Source: Nannocystales bacterium
GTDB taxonomy: Bacteria > Myxococcota_A > Polyangia > Nannocystales > Nannocystaceae
Direction: 5' to 3'
NCBI GenBank assembly: GCA_050633305.1
Contig: JBOEGF010000008.1
Location: 128,001 to 192,000, forward strand
DNA length: 64,000 bases
Shown here piece after piece: positions 19,765 through 30,075 of the stretch. The position numbers and the translations under genes were made by a program. The stretch's first letter is position 1; the number at the start of each line of letters is the position of its first letter. The notes beneath the pieces were generated by a model. The model saw only the letters and a list, made by a program, of their open reading frames with translations, searched no databases and was not told where the DNA came from.

Positions 19765-22338
19765 GTGCCCAGACCGAATCGAGGAGGTCCGGCGAGCACC
19801 GAGCACACGCTCACCGACGCCGGACTGCGGCGGCGGGTCACGCTCCAAGCCGGCGACCGCGTCGGCCGATACCGAATCCTGCACACGCTTGGTTCGGGAG
19901 GCATGGGCACCGTCTACGCGGCGACCGACCCCGACCTCGACCGAACCATCGCGATCAAGGTCTTGCATGACCGTCCGGGTCGGAAGGTACGAGCGCAAGC
20001 CCTGCTTCACGAGGCCCAGGCGATGGCTCAGTTCTCCCACCCCAACGTGGTGACGGTCCACGATGTGGGCACCCATGAGGGACGGGTCTTCGTCGCGATG
20101 GACTGGGTCCGTGGACCTACCCTGAGGTCTTGGATGAAGGGCCGACCTTGGGACGCAGTGTTGCGGGCATTTTTGCAAGCTGGCCGAGGACTGGCCGCCG
20201 TCCACGCCGCCGGACTGGTCCACCGTGATTTCAAACCCGCGAACGTCATGCTGCACCCCGGCGGGCGCGTCGTCGTGATGGACTTTGGACTCGCGCGACC
20301 CAGCGATGACAGCAGCGGGCAAGCCGAGTGTTCCCCAATCCGGAGCGCTCACAACACGTACGACGACGACGTCAGCCGTGCTGGATCGGTGCAAGGCACC
20401 CCCGCGTACATGGCTCCCGAGCAGCACCTCGCGTTCGACGTTGACGCCCGTGCCGACCAGTTCAGCTACTGCGTCTCTGTCTTCGAGGGTCTGTTCGGCA
20501 AGAGGCCCTTCCGTGCCCGGACCGTCACCGAGTTGGTCATGCGGATCTCCGCAGGCGAGTTTGCCGATGTTCCGCGCAACGGCGTGCCACCGCGCATCCG
20601 CCGAACGCTGACCCGAGGCCTGGCCGAGCTTCCCAAGGACCGCTGGCCCAACATGGAGCGTCTGCTCGACCGCCTACAGCCCGCGGCGCGTGGCACCTGG
20701 ATGATCTGGGGCGCAGGGGCGGCCGCGTTGTCGACCGTCGCTTTTGCCGCCATTCCCCCGGCCGATCCGTGCGAGACCCGCTCAGACGCCGTTCGTGAGC
20801 TGTGGTCCAAGCAGCGCCGCAACACGCTCCTGACCGCCTTGCGCTCCTCACCCAAGCCGTTTGCCGACGAGACCGCGCAGCGAGTGGACACCACCATCGC
20901 GGCCTACGTGGATAGGCTCGCTGATGCACACGACGAGGCATGCCAGGTGAGCATCGACCCGACGTTGCTCGACCGACGGACTGCGTGTCTGAGTCAGCGC
21001 GCAGGGGCGGTCCGCGCCACGACCGATGCGCTCACCGCCTCGGCGGAAGATGGACTGCAGAAGGCCGTACAGGTGCTCGGACACCTGCCCGACGTCGAAG
21101 CCTGTCTCGACCCCGAGGCGCTCGCCCGGACCCACGAACTGCCCGCAGACGAGGCAAGGCGGGACGAGATCGGGCACGCCCGAGACGCGATCAGCGAGGC
21201 TCTCGCAATGAAGGAGGCGGGGGATCTCGAAGGTGCATACGCCCGCGCCAAGGCGGCGTTGGTTCTGGCCCGAGACGCTGGCTTCTCCCCGGTCGAGGCA
21301 GAAGCCCTCAACGCCTGGAGTGCAGCGCAGGAAGGCCGAGGAGACTATGCCGAAGCCGCCGCAACCTCCGAAGCTGCGTTCCACGTCGCACACTCGTCCC
21401 ACCACGACGTCGAAGCCCTCCGAGCGACGGTGCAGCTGGTCTACGTCGTCGGGTACCGACTCCAGCAACCGGACACGGCAGACGAGTGGTTGCGACACGC
21501 CGCCGCGTTGCTCTCCCGGATCGAACACCGCGGACTGGAGGCTCGGCTGATCAACAACGAGGCCACCCTGGCCTACAGCGCGGGTGACTATGACGGCGCC
21601 GTGCGAGGGTTCGAGCGGACCGCCGAGCTTCGCGAGTCCCTGCAAGGGCCCGAGCACCCCGACGTCGCCGCCGCGCACAGCAACATGGGGCTGGCTCTCA
21701 CCCGGCTCGGTCGTCTCGAAGACGCTCTGCAACACCACGCCCGTGCCCGCTCGTCGTGGGAAGCCTCGCTGGGGCCCTCGCATCCCATGGTCGCGATCTC
21801 TGTCCACAACCGAGCCCTCGTGTTCGAACAGATGAAGCATCTCGACGAGGCCGCGGCCGAGTACGAGCGGGCTATCGAGCTCCGGATTCGCAGCCAGGGC
21901 GCGGAGCACCCCTCCGTGGCCTTGTCTCTGAACAACCTTGGCCACGTGCGCAAGGACCAAGGACGCCCGCTGGACGCACTGGAGCTACACCAACGAGCGC
22001 TCGCGCTGTGGCACGAGGCGTACGGCCCCGAACACCGCAGGGTCGCCGAGGCGTTGGGCGGGATCGCCGAGGCCCTGAGCAAGCAATCGCGGTTCGAAGA
22101 AGCCTACCGGTTCGCGGACCGAAGCCTGTCGACGATGGCCGCGGTGGTGGGGACCCACCACCCAGACTTCGCCCACACCCTGATGACGCAGGCCGAGATC
22201 CTGGTCGCCCAGGGCGACGTCGGCGGTGCCATCGCGCGCTACCAGCAGGCTCGTTCGATTTTCGTGAATGCGCAGGGAACCGACTCGGCGATGGTGAAGC
22301 ACATCGACGCGGGCCTGAAGCAGCTCGCCACGCCATGA
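19765..22338 (+). CDS. Ser/Thr protein kinase with TPR repeats
   Basis: LGSGGMGTV, AIK, HRDFKPAN, DFGLA and GTPAYMAPE; TM segment; HPxVAxSLNNLG TPR repeats. Confidence 0.93.
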   Translation: MPRPNRGGPASTEHTLTDAGLRRRVTLQAGDRVGRYRILHTLGSGGMGTVYAATDPDLDRTIAIKVLHDRPGRKVRAQALLHEAQAMAQFSHPNVVTVHDVGTHEGRVFVAMDWVRGPTLRSWMKGRPWDAVLRAFLQAGRGLAAVHAAGLVHRDFKPANVMLHPGGRVVVMDFGLARPSDDSSGQAECSPIRSAHNTYDDDVSRAGSVQGTPAYMAPEQHLAFDVDARADQFSYCVSVFEGLFGKRPFRARTVTELVMRISAGEFADVPRNGVPPRIRRTLTRGLAELPKDRWPNMERLLDRLQPAARGTWMIWGAGAAALSTVAFAAIPPADPCETRSDAVRELWSKQRRNTLLTALRSSPKPFADETAQRVDTTIAAYVDRLADAHDEACQVSIDPTLLDRRTACLSQRAGAVRATTDALTASAEDGLQKAVQVLGHLPDVEACLDPEALARTHELPADEARRDEIGHARDAISEALAMKEAGDLEGAYARAKAALVLARDAGFSPVEAEALNAWSAAQEGRGDYAEAAATSEAAFHVAHSSHHDVEALRATVQLVYVVGYRLQQPDTADEWLRHAAALLSRIEHRGLEARLINNEATLAYSAGDYDGAVRGFERTAELRESLQGPEHPDVAAAHSNMGLALTRLGRLEDALQHHARARSSWEASLGPSHPMVAISVHNRALVFEQMKHLDEAAAEYERAIELRIRSQGAEHPSVALSLNNLGHVRKDQGRPLDALELHQRALALWHEAYGPEHRRVAEALGGIAEALSKQSRFEEAYRFADRSLSTMAAVVGTHHPDFAHTLMTQAEILVAQGDVGGAIARYQQARSIFVNAQGTDSAMVKHIDAGLKQLATP

Positions 22339-22366
22339 TCGCCCACGAAGGGGACGGGTCCATCCA

Positions 22367-23182
22367 CTAAAGGGACGCGTCCAGTCCCTCGAGATCGTCC
22401 CACCAACCGTCCGGCACGACAAACGCACGCTCCACCTCCGTGTCGACGCGCGCGACGAGTGCGGGTCGACGGAGGCCCCTCACCAGGTCTCGCGCTGCCT
22501 TCGAGGGCTCGCCACGCGCGTGCTCGGGGCTGAGCCACCACGGCTTCTCGAGGTCGCACCAAGGCGCATCGCCAAACGTCTCGGCGAACTCGGACGCAAA
22601 GTACCAGTGCCCGTGGTCCGCCTCCTCGTGCGCGCCCTCAGGCAGCCTCTTCTCCCCCCGCGGAGAGAAGAGCGCTCCCAGCATCAGAACCTCCGTCTCG
22701 TCCGGAAACGGAAGGTTCTCGGGCCACGCCTCCGCGTCGCGAGCCTGCCGGGCAACCGTGATTTGATGCGTCGCCAGCCGGTCGAGTTTGAGGTCGAGAC
22801 GGTCCCGCTTCCCGGGCCCAAGCCAGGCCGAGCAATGCGTGCCCGGTTTCGCGGCGAGGTAGTATTTCACCGCAACCTCGCGGTGCACGATGCGAGCGTC
22901 CCGGCGGAACAGGACGTCGAGTTCCCCGATCGTCCGGTTGCCGTCACGCAGCGGCTCGTTGGCGGCCAGAACCTCGACCCCCGGCATGCCGCGCAGCGCC
23001 GTGAGATGCACGCGCTCGAACCAGCGCCCGACCTGGCGAATCGGTGCCGGGCTCTGTCCTCCGCTGCGGCCCAGGCCGACGACAGACGCGACCGCCGTCC
23101 CGCGCTGCGTCCAGTAGGTGTCACGCATCAGTGGCGTTGCGGCCGCCAACCACGTCAGATCGAGGTCCAGTCGCGACAACAC
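22367..23182 (-). CDS. DUF1853-family protein (PD-(D/E)XK-like)
   Basis: GRWFE, TIGELDVL, HREVAVKYYL and WLGPGKRDRLDLK; start uncertain. Confidence 0.75.
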   Translation of the reverse strand: MLSRLDLDLTWLAAATPLMRDTYWTQRGTAVASVVGLGRSGGQSPAPIRQVGRWFERVHLTALRGMPGVEVLAANEPLRDGNRTIGELDVLFRRDARIVHREVAVKYYLAAKPGTHCSAWLGPGKRDRLDLKLDRLATHQITVARQARDAEAWPENLPFPDETEVLMLGALFSPRGEKRLPEGAHEEADHGHWYFASEFAETFGDAPWCDLEKPWWLSPEHARGEPSKAARDLVRGLRRPALVARVDTEVERAFVVPDGWWDDLEGLDASL

Positions 23183-23297
23183 ACAACAGCGTAGCAGGAC
23201 CCACCGTCGGCACCCTTGCGACCATCGCCATCGGTTTGTCGGGTTGGCGTGGCCTGGTTCGTCTACGCTATGAGCCCCACCTTCGGGCCCGACTTCC

Positions 23298-23666
23298 ATG
23301 CTCTACGCAATGCTCATCTATCACGCCGAGGGCGCGTTCGACCACGACGGGGCCGACGATCGCGAGGCCATGTTGCTCCAGCACCGAACGCTGCAAAACG
23401 ACAGCAAGGCCGCCGACGCGTTCGTCGTCGCCACACAGCTCATGGATCCCCATACATCGACGGTCGTACGACGCAACGGGGATGCCATCTCGGTCCAAGA
23501 AGGCCCGTTTGCCGAGACCAACGAGGTGTTCGTCGGCTTCTACTTGCTGGAGTGCGAATCGCTGGAAGCCGCTGCGCGCTGGGCAGAACGCATCCCCCGA
23601 GCGACGGTGGAGATTCGCCCGGTCGCCTATTTCGAGGACCACAGCGGAAAAACCGTCGGTGAGTAG
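23298..23666 (+). CDS. YciI/DGPF-family protein
   Basis: EGPFAETNEVFVGFYLLEC and VEIRP motifs. Confidence 0.88.
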   Translation: MLYAMLIYHAEGAFDHDGADDREAMLLQHRTLQNDSKAADAFVVATQLMDPHTSTVVRRNGDAISVQEGPFAETNEVFVGFYLLECESLEAAARWAERIPRATVEIRPVAYFEDHSGKTVGE

Positions 23667-24888
23667 CGCGGTCCATCGCGCGCTCCGCAGCGCCTATCCC
23701 CAGGCTCTGGCGACCCTCAACCGCATCGCGGGGGACTTGGAGATGGCGCAGGACGGCCTCCACGTCGCGGTGGAACGCGCACTCCTCCGCTGGGCCGATG
23801 AGTTGCCCGCCGAGCCCGTCGCCTGGCTCGTTCGCGCCGGACGCAACACGATCATCGATCAGCTCCGTCACCGGGCGATGAAGGAGCGCAAGGACGACGC
23901 GTTGCGGCAAGCGCTGGACGCGGACCGAGTCGACGACGACCAGCTTCGCTCCGCGTTTCGTGATGACATGGCGCGACTCGTGTTCACGTGCTGCGATCCC
24001 CGACTCAAACCGGACACGGCCGTGATGTTGACGTTGCACACGGTGGCGGGGCTCTCGGTCGACGAGATCGCCCGCGCCTACCTCATGAAGAACACGGCGA
24101 TCGAGCGGCGGATCAGTCGGGCTCGTCGCGCAGTCCGCGAGCTTGAAGGTGGTTACCAGCCGCCGACAGAATCCGAGCTGCCGGCCCGTCTGGACGCTGT
24201 ACTCGCGGTGCTGATGGTGCTGTTCACCGAAGGCTACAGCGCCCGGGAGACCGCGCCATTCCTGCGCCCCCAGCTCTGCGAACTCGCCATCCGCTCCACA
24301 CGGATGCTCGCGCGCTTGTTTCGCGAAGAGGCCGAAGTCCAGGGACTTCTGGCCCTGATGCTGCTTCAGCATGCTCGTGCAGAGGCACGTCTCCTCCCAC
24401 CGGACCGTCTCGTCTCCCTCGAGGACCAGGACCGCACGTTGTGGGACCAGGGGATCTGCAACGAAGGGCTGGCACTGGTCCAGAAGGCGTTGCTTCGCAA
24501 GCGGCTGGGCCCTTATCAGATCCAGGCCGCGATCGCTGCGGTCCATGCGAGTGCCGCGGACTATCAATCCACCAACTGGCAGGAACTCGTCCTCTTGTAC
24601 GACGCCCTGCTCCGGCACCGACCCAATTCCGTGGTTCGGCTCAATCGCGCCGTGGCGGTGTCCCGTGCTCGGGGGCCCAAAGTTGGGCTGGCCCTGCTCC
24701 GCGAACTCGCACCCGAGCCGGGCATGAGCACGTACTCCCCATACTTCGTGGTCCAAGGACACCTGCTTGCGGAATCAGGGAAGGGCTCACAGGCGGTCAC
24801 GGCGTTTGAGCGGGCCCTCACGCTGTGCACCAGCCCGCTGCAACGTCGACACCTCGAACGCCTCCTCGAGGACCTGCAAACGAACTAG
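23659..24888 (+). CDS. ECF sigma factor with C-terminal DUF6596/TPR extension (ECF42-like)
   Basis: AWLVRAGRN, FTCCDP, GLSVDEIARA, LFTEGY, QDRTLWD, GPYQIQAAIAA and LNRAVA; overlaps the YciI gene. Confidence 0.88.
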   Translation: MSSAVHRALRSAYPQALATLNRIAGDLEMAQDGLHVAVERALLRWADELPAEPVAWLVRAGRNTIIDQLRHRAMKERKDDALRQALDADRVDDDQLRSAFRDDMARLVFTCCDPRLKPDTAVMLTLHTVAGLSVDEIARAYLMKNTAIERRISRARRAVRELEGGYQPPTESELPARLDAVLAVLMVLFTEGYSARETAPFLRPQLCELAIRSTRMLARLFREEAEVQGLLALMLLQHARAEARLLPPDRLVSLEDQDRTLWDQGICNEGLALVQKALLRKRLGPYQIQAAIAAVHASAADYQSTNWQELVLLYDALLRHRPNSVVRLNRAVAVSRARGPKVGLALLRELAPEPGMSTYSPYFVVQGHLLAESGKGSQAVTAFERALTLCTSPLQRRHLERLLEDLQTN

Positions 24889-24927
24889 ACGATGTCGGGT
24901 TTGACCACGCCCCCTCGTCTAGGGGGC

Positions 24928-25290
24928 ATGACAACTCCAGCCAACATCTTCTCCGCCTACCTCGACGCGTTCACCGCAGGCGACCTCGAGAGCGCGTTCG
25001 CTCTCGTTGCGGACGACTTCGTATTTCACGGGCCGATGCTTCAGTCCAAAGGGAAGGCCGCGTTCGTGGAGGGAGCGTCCGGCTTGGGCGAGATCGTCAA
25101 AGGGCACGACATCCTCCGGCAGTGGAGCGACGGAGACGAGGCGTGCACCATCTACGATTTCCACATCGAAACTCCGGTCGGGAAGGCGTCGGTCACGATG
25201 ACCGAGTGGGTCCTTGTACGGAATGGGAAGCTCGCCCGCTCTCGGCTGGTGTTCAACAGCCCTGAGTTCACGGCCGTGATGCCCAGCTAA
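24928..25290 (+). CDS. SnoaL-like/NTF2-fold protein
   Basis: YLDAFTAGDLE..LVADDFVFHGP...GK pattern. Confidence 0.8.
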   Translation: MTTPANIFSAYLDAFTAGDLESAFALVADDFVFHGPMLQSKGKAAFVEGASGLGEIVKGHDILRQWSDGDEACTIYDFHIETPVGKASVTMTEWVLVRNGKLARSRLVFNSPEFTAVMPS

Positions 25291-25345
25291 GACGCGCCTG
25301 GCAGCCTCCCCACAAGCCGCGCCGGCCGGTGCACGCTCCCGACAC

Positions 25346-26194
25346 TCAGTCCTCGCCGACCGCAGTGATTCTCCGCAACAGAGCATCGCTTCGGGGGTCG
25401 GCGGGGAACTGGGTCTCGACCCTCACCGACGACAGCACAACGTCGGCCGACGTCCCGAGCATCGTCATGGTGCTGAACAGCGTGAGCGGCTCACCGTCGA
25501 CGTCCAGGCACAATGGGATGACCGGCGGAAAAGGAGCCGTGCTGCTGGGGAGGACCCCCACCGCCCTTCGGATTCTCGCCTCGACGTCCTTCGCGCCCGC
25601 GTGGGTCCGCGCCGCCAAATGAACGTGGGTGAGCACCATCGATGCGAACTCCGAAAGGTTGCGGATCCGCTTTCGAAGCGACGCGTCCTCGAACAGAGAG
25701 AGCAGCGCGTTGGACCCTTGCACCGGGGCGCCTCGGTGGACCTTCTGCGGGTCCGACGGCGGGCCCTCTGCCCCCCGGAGGAAGCATGCAAGCTGCACGT
25801 ACGCGTCATTCGCCATCACGAGGTTCCACGCCTCGTCCACCACCATCGAGGGGTAGGGATGGTGGCGGACCAGCAGGAACTCGACGGCGGACCGGACGTG
25901 CCTCGCCGTGCTGTCGTCGAGTTCGGTCGAGGGGTATTGCGGAGCCAGTCCTGCGGAGAGCAGCATCTCGTTGCGATGGAGCAGCGGGACGTCGAGGACC
26001 GATGTCAGCACCGCGATCATCTCGCGGCTAGGCTTGGCGCGTCCATTTTCGAGATAACTCAGGTGACGGGTCGAGACCTCGGCCTCCAGCGCCAAGGACA
26101 GCTGCGTGAAACGCCGACGCTGCCGCCAGCTCCGTAGCAACGCCCCGAAGCTTGGACTCGCCGCCACCGCCGTGTTGGACTCGCTCACCAACAT
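25346..26194 (-). CDS. XRE-family HTH regulator with MmyB-like ligand-binding domain
   Basis: FGALLRSWRQRRRFTQLSLA..VSTRHLSYLENGR..PSREM; ETQFPAD. Confidence 0.88.
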   Translation of the reverse strand: MLVSESNTAVAASPSFGALLRSWRQRRRFTQLSLALEAEVSTRHLSYLENGRAKPSREMIAVLTSVLDVPLLHRNEMLLSAGLAPQYPSTELDDSTARHVRSAVEFLLVRHHPYPSMVVDEAWNLVMANDAYVQLACFLRGAEGPPSDPQKVHRGAPVQGSNALLSLFEDASLRKRIRNLSEFASMVLTHVHLAARTHAGAKDVEARIRRAVGVLPSSTAPFPPVIPLCLDVDGEPLTLFSTMTMLGTSADVVLSSVRVETQFPADPRSDALLRRITAVGED

Positions 26195-26243
26195 AGGTTC
26201 CCGCAGACCCCAGGCGCGCGGCAACCCACGGATGACAATGCCT

Positions 26244-27152
26244 CTAACATGCGATGGCCCTAAACCGTCGGGTGGCCTGGGCGGACGCCGTTCCTGGCTT
26301 GGCCATCGCCGCGGCTGCCATGGTCGCGACGAGCTTGCCCATGCTGCGACCGAGACCGGCGGCCATCATCGCGACCAGCAATCCGCCTCCGAATCGGGCT
26401 CGGGGAACCATCTCCCACCAGATCCGAACCCGGGTCCCCTCCCCCTCCCCCTTCGGCTCCACGATCCAGCCGCCGACCAGGGCCCGAAACGGGAAGGGAA
26501 AGTCGGGCGCCTCGGTGTCGAAACGAAGGCTGAATGCGCGGCCCGGATCCCATGCCGTGCACACCTCGGTCCATCCCTGGCCTTGCTGGTCCACGCAGCG
26601 GCGTGCAGCTCCCACACCGGGCGCATCCCCGTGCACAAGGTCCGAACTCTGCAGATCGGGGCTATGGTCCGCGATCGTCCCGAGGTCACTGATGACGTTC
26701 CACAGTTCGTCTGCGGGTGCTTCGGCGGAGACCTCGAGACAGACGCGGTGGGTGAACCCACTGTCGCGATCGGGGTGAGCGTACTGCCGCGCGAGCCCGA
26801 CGAGCTGGCCCGTCGCGCATGCGGCCACGACGGTCGCGACTCCCACCATGAGGGCGGACCCGGTCGTGTTGAACTGCTCGGGCAGAAGCACAAGCAGCGG
26901 TCCCGTGCCCACGACCCATGCTGCGTCGGCCGCGCTGATCAGCAGCACCGGAAGCGGCTTCACCGTGCGAGGCCGACCGACGAGAGCGACCACAGCCGCA
27001 AACACCAGCAGCTGGAGACCGACGATGCGGACCTCCCCGACCGCCGTGGTTCCCAGCCATGCGGCGACGACCCCGGGCGCCAGCGTTGCCAGGAGCCCGG
27101 TGCAGGTGCTGAAGACGGCGTTTGAGTACAGTGCGGTCCGAACGAGCGACAT
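26244..27152 (-). CDS. Membrane domain + SRPBCC (START-like) domain protein
   Basis: About 4 N-terminal TM helices; APADELWNVISD and GVGAARRC motifs. Confidence 0.75.
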   Translation of the reverse strand: MSLVRTALYSNAVFSTCTGLLATLAPGVVAAWLGTTAVGEVRIVGLQLLVFAAVVALVGRPRTVKPLPVLLISAADAAWVVGTGPLLVLLPEQFNTTGSALMVGVATVVAACATGQLVGLARQYAHPDRDSGFTHRVCLEVSAEAPADELWNVISDLGTIADHSPDLQSSDLVHGDAPGVGAARRCVDQQGQGWTEVCTAWDPGRAFSLRFDTEAPDFPFPFRALVGGWIVEPKGEGEGTRVRIWWEMVPRARFGGGLLVAMMAAGLGRSMGKLVATMAAAAMAKPGTASAQATRRFRAIAC

Positions 27153-27225
27153 ATCCGCAGTCTGCGACTCCCGTGCCGCGTCGCCATAACCTGTCAGGTC
27201 ATGTTGGGAGCGCCGGACAGGCCGC

Positions 27226-27675
27226 TCACCGCGCGCTCTTCTCGGCCCGGCGGGGTCGGCCGGCGTCGGCAGCAGCGATCAGCGGACACACCACCAGGTA
27301 CATCACCAAGGTGAACCCCGTCTCGAGGAGCACGAAGTCACCCGTGGACGTCATGACGTGTTTCGCGCCGACCATGCACACCCCGAAGCTCCACCCCAGC
27401 GGGAACGCGAGCACAAACAGCCTTCTGGTTCGGCGCCACCACGATCCTGACCCAGCGAGTCGCGCGCTCACGTAGGCCCAAAACGCGCCCTGCGTGAACA
27501 ACGAACCGAAGGCAAGCAACATCGAAATGTCCTCGCGGTGCATCTCTAGTGCCGCGTATTGCTCACGGAAGATCCCATACTTCCAGCCGAACCCGACCAG
27601 GAGTGTGGGCGCCACGAAAGCGAGGAACGCGAGCGCGAATCGGCTCGGGGAGTGGCGAGGGGTCGGACCTTGCAT
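27226..27675 (-). CDS. Small integral membrane protein
   Basis: About 4 hydrophobic helices; fills the gap between genes. Confidence 0.6.
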   Translation of the reverse strand: MQGPTPRHSPSRFALAFLAFVAPTLLVGFGWKYGIFREQYAALEMHREDISMLLAFGSLFTQGAFWAYVSARLAGSGSWWRRTRRLFVLAFPLGWSFGVCMVGAKHVMTSTGDFVLLETGFTLVMYLVVCPLIAAADAGRPRRAEKSAR

Positions 27676-27788
27676 CCCTCTGCAGACGAGCGTCCGGTCG
27701 AGAACCCGACACCGCCCCGCGGGGATGGCGAGCTGCAATCGGAACGACACGAGCCACCGTGGCGCGGGCTGGTATCGTCCGCGGCTCC

Positions 27789-29930
27789 ATGTCCGCTCGA
27801 ACCGCTCTGATGCTCGGCCTCGCCGCCACCTTGTGTGCCTGCGCCAACCCCAAGACGGCTTCGAGCACGCCCGCCTCACCGACCACGCCCGACGCCACCG
27901 TGACGACCACGAATCCCCTGCTCGCCGAATGGACTGGCCCCCACGGAGGCGTCCCCGACTTCTCTGCCATGGATCTCGCTCAGGTCGAGCCTGCCGCGCG
28001 CGAGGCGATGGCGGCTCACCTTGCTGAACTCGAGGTCATCGCCACCAACCCCGAGCCCGCCTCGTTCGACAACACCATCGTACAGATGCAGCGCGTCGGC
28101 CATGCGATGAACCGGTTCGAGGTTTACGTCGGCATCTGGTCGAGCAACATGTCGACCCCGGAGTTCCGCGACCTGTTCGCCAAACTCGCGCCCGTATTCT
28201 CCGAGTACGAGACCAAGATCATTCAGAACGAGCCCCTCTTCGCCCGCATCAAAGCGGTTCACGAGAGCCCCGAACTCGCCTCGCGCCCCGCCAGTGAGCA
28301 GCGCCTCGTCCAACTGGTCTACAACCGTTTTGCGCGGGCCGGTGCCAGCCTCGACACGGACGGCAAGGCCCGATACGCGCAGATTCAGTCTCGCCTCGCC
28401 GAGCTGCACGACGCGTTCGGCAACAACGTCCTCGCCGACGAGCAAAGCACCATCGAGCTCGGACCCGAAGACCTCGGCGGCCTGCCCGATGCATTCAAGG
28501 CCGCGATCAAGAAGCCTGACGCAGACGTCTGGGTGCTCCCGAACACCCGCTCGGCGATGGACCCCTTCCTCACCTACTCCACCCAGCGTGCGCTGCGAGA
28601 GAAGGTGTGGCGCGAGTACTACAGCCGTGGTGACCACGGCGATTCGCACGACAACAACAAGCTCATCGCCGAGATCCTCCAACTGCGGCACGAGCGGGCC
28701 AAGCTGCTGGGGTACGACAACTACGCGTCATGGCGCCTCGAAGACCGCATGGCCAAGACGCCGCAGCGGGCACGCGAACTGATGATGGGTGTGTGGCCGG
28801 CCGCCACCGCGACCGTCAAGGAAGAGGTCGCCGCGATGCAAAAGGTCGCCAACGCCGAGAAAGCGGGGATCACCGTCGAGCCGTGGGACTACCGGTTCTA
28901 CGCCGAGAAGGTCCGCCAGAAAACCTACGCCCTCGACTCCGATGAGGTGAAGCAATACCTCCAGCTAGGCCCGCTGCGTGAGGCCATGTTCATGGTCGCG
29001 GGCAAGCTGTTCGGCTTCGCGTTCACCCCAGTCCCCGAGGGTTCCATCCCCGTGTTCCACGCAGACGTGAAAGTGTGGGAGGTGACCGACGCGGCCAGCG
29101 GCAAGCACATCGGCTTGTGGTACCTCGACCCCTTCGCCCGCCCGGGAAAGCGTTCCGGAGCTTGGGCTTCGACCTACCGGTCCAGCCACACCTACGACGG
29201 TGAGATCACGGTCTTGGTGTCGAACAACTCCAACTTCATCAAGGCGCCCGAAGGCCAGCCCGTGCTCGTCTCCGCCGACGATGCGTCGACCTTCTTCCAC
29301 GAGTTCGGCCACGCGCTGCATGCTCTGAGCAGCAATGTGAAATACCCGGGCCTCTCGGGCGGCGTACGCGACTACACCGAGTTTCAGTCTCAATTGCTCG
29401 AACGATGGCTGTTCACCGACGCGGTGATCGACGGCTACCTCCGGCATCACGAGACCGGCGAGCCCATGCCGAAGGAGCTCGTCGCGAAGATCCGCAAAGC
29501 CGCCACCTTCAACCAGGGATTCAGCACGACCGAGTATCTCGCCTCGGCGATGATGGACCTCGAGCTGCACACGGTGGATCCGACGGGCATCGACCCCGAT
29601 GCGTTCGAGCGGGAGACCCTCGCAGAGTGGGGCATGCCCAAGGAGGTCGTGATGCGGCACCGCACCCCGCACTTCGGGCACGTGTTCTCCGGCGAGGGGT
29701 ACTCGGCGGGCTACTACGGATACATGTGGGCCGATGTTCTCACCGCCGATGCGGCAGAAGCGTTCGCGGATGCGCCCGGTGGATTCTACGACGAGGGCGT
29801 CGCAAAAAAGCTGGTCGAGCACTTGTTCGCGCCGCGCAACGCGGTGGATCCGGCGGACGCGTATCGAGCGTTTCGCGGCCGGGATGCGGACGTGGGTGCG
29901 TTGATGCGGGACCGCGGATTCGCCAAGTAG
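27789..29930 (+). CDS. dcp: M3A metallopeptidase (peptidyl-dipeptidase Dcp-like) lipoprotein
   Basis: Lipobox LCAC; KRSGAW, HEFGHALH, RDYTEFQSQ and HVFSGEGYSAGYY. Confidence 0.9.
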   Translation: MSARTALMLGLAATLCACANPKTASSTPASPTTPDATVTTTNPLLAEWTGPHGGVPDFSAMDLAQVEPAAREAMAAHLAELEVIATNPEPASFDNTIVQMQRVGHAMNRFEVYVGIWSSNMSTPEFRDLFAKLAPVFSEYETKIIQNEPLFARIKAVHESPELASRPASEQRLVQLVYNRFARAGASLDTDGKARYAQIQSRLAELHDAFGNNVLADEQSTIELGPEDLGGLPDAFKAAIKKPDADVWVLPNTRSAMDPFLTYSTQRALREKVWREYYSRGDHGDSHDNNKLIAEILQLRHERAKLLGYDNYASWRLEDRMAKTPQRARELMMGVWPAATATVKEEVAAMQKVANAEKAGITVEPWDYRFYAEKVRQKTYALDSDEVKQYLQLGPLREAMFMVAGKLFGFAFTPVPEGSIPVFHADVKVWEVTDAASGKHIGLWYLDPFARPGKRSGAWASTYRSSHTYDGEITVLVSNNSNFIKAPEGQPVLVSADDASTFFHEFGHALHALSSNVKYPGLSGGVRDYTEFQSQLLERWLFTDAVIDGYLRHHETGEPMPKELVAKIRKAATFNQGFSTTEYLASAMMDLELHTVDPTGIDPDAFERETLAEWGMPKEVVMRHRTPHFGHVFSGEGYSAGYYGYMWADVLTADAAEAFADAPGGFYDEGVAKKLVEHLFAPRNAVDPADAYRAFRGRDADVGALMRDRGFAK

Positions 29931-29994
29931 CGAGTACTGGGCACGGCCGGGAACGCTGCCCGGCAGCAGCGGCCTGCGCGCAGGACGGCTTTCG

Positions 29995-30007
29995 AATTCG
30001 AAAGCAA
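29995..30007 (+). promoter_or_regulatory. Ada box (AAT-N6-GCAA)
   Basis: AAT TCGAAA GCAA about 70 nt upstream of the ada start. Confidence 0.6.
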
Positions 30008-30075
30008 GACGCCGGGTGTCGGGGCGAAGTGTCGGGCGTACGGTTCATGGGCACGTACCCGACCGGACCGCGTCC

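Noticed and set aside
19687..20427. N-terminal extension of the GNAT ORF to 511 aa
   Set aside because: Overlaps the kinase on the opposite strand; GNAT-like sequence starts at ATG 19686.
19765..23182. Kinase plus DUF1853 as a defence module with the helicase fusion
   Set aside because: Orientations are divergent or convergent, and TPR kinases are very common in myxobacteria; nothing in the sequence links them.
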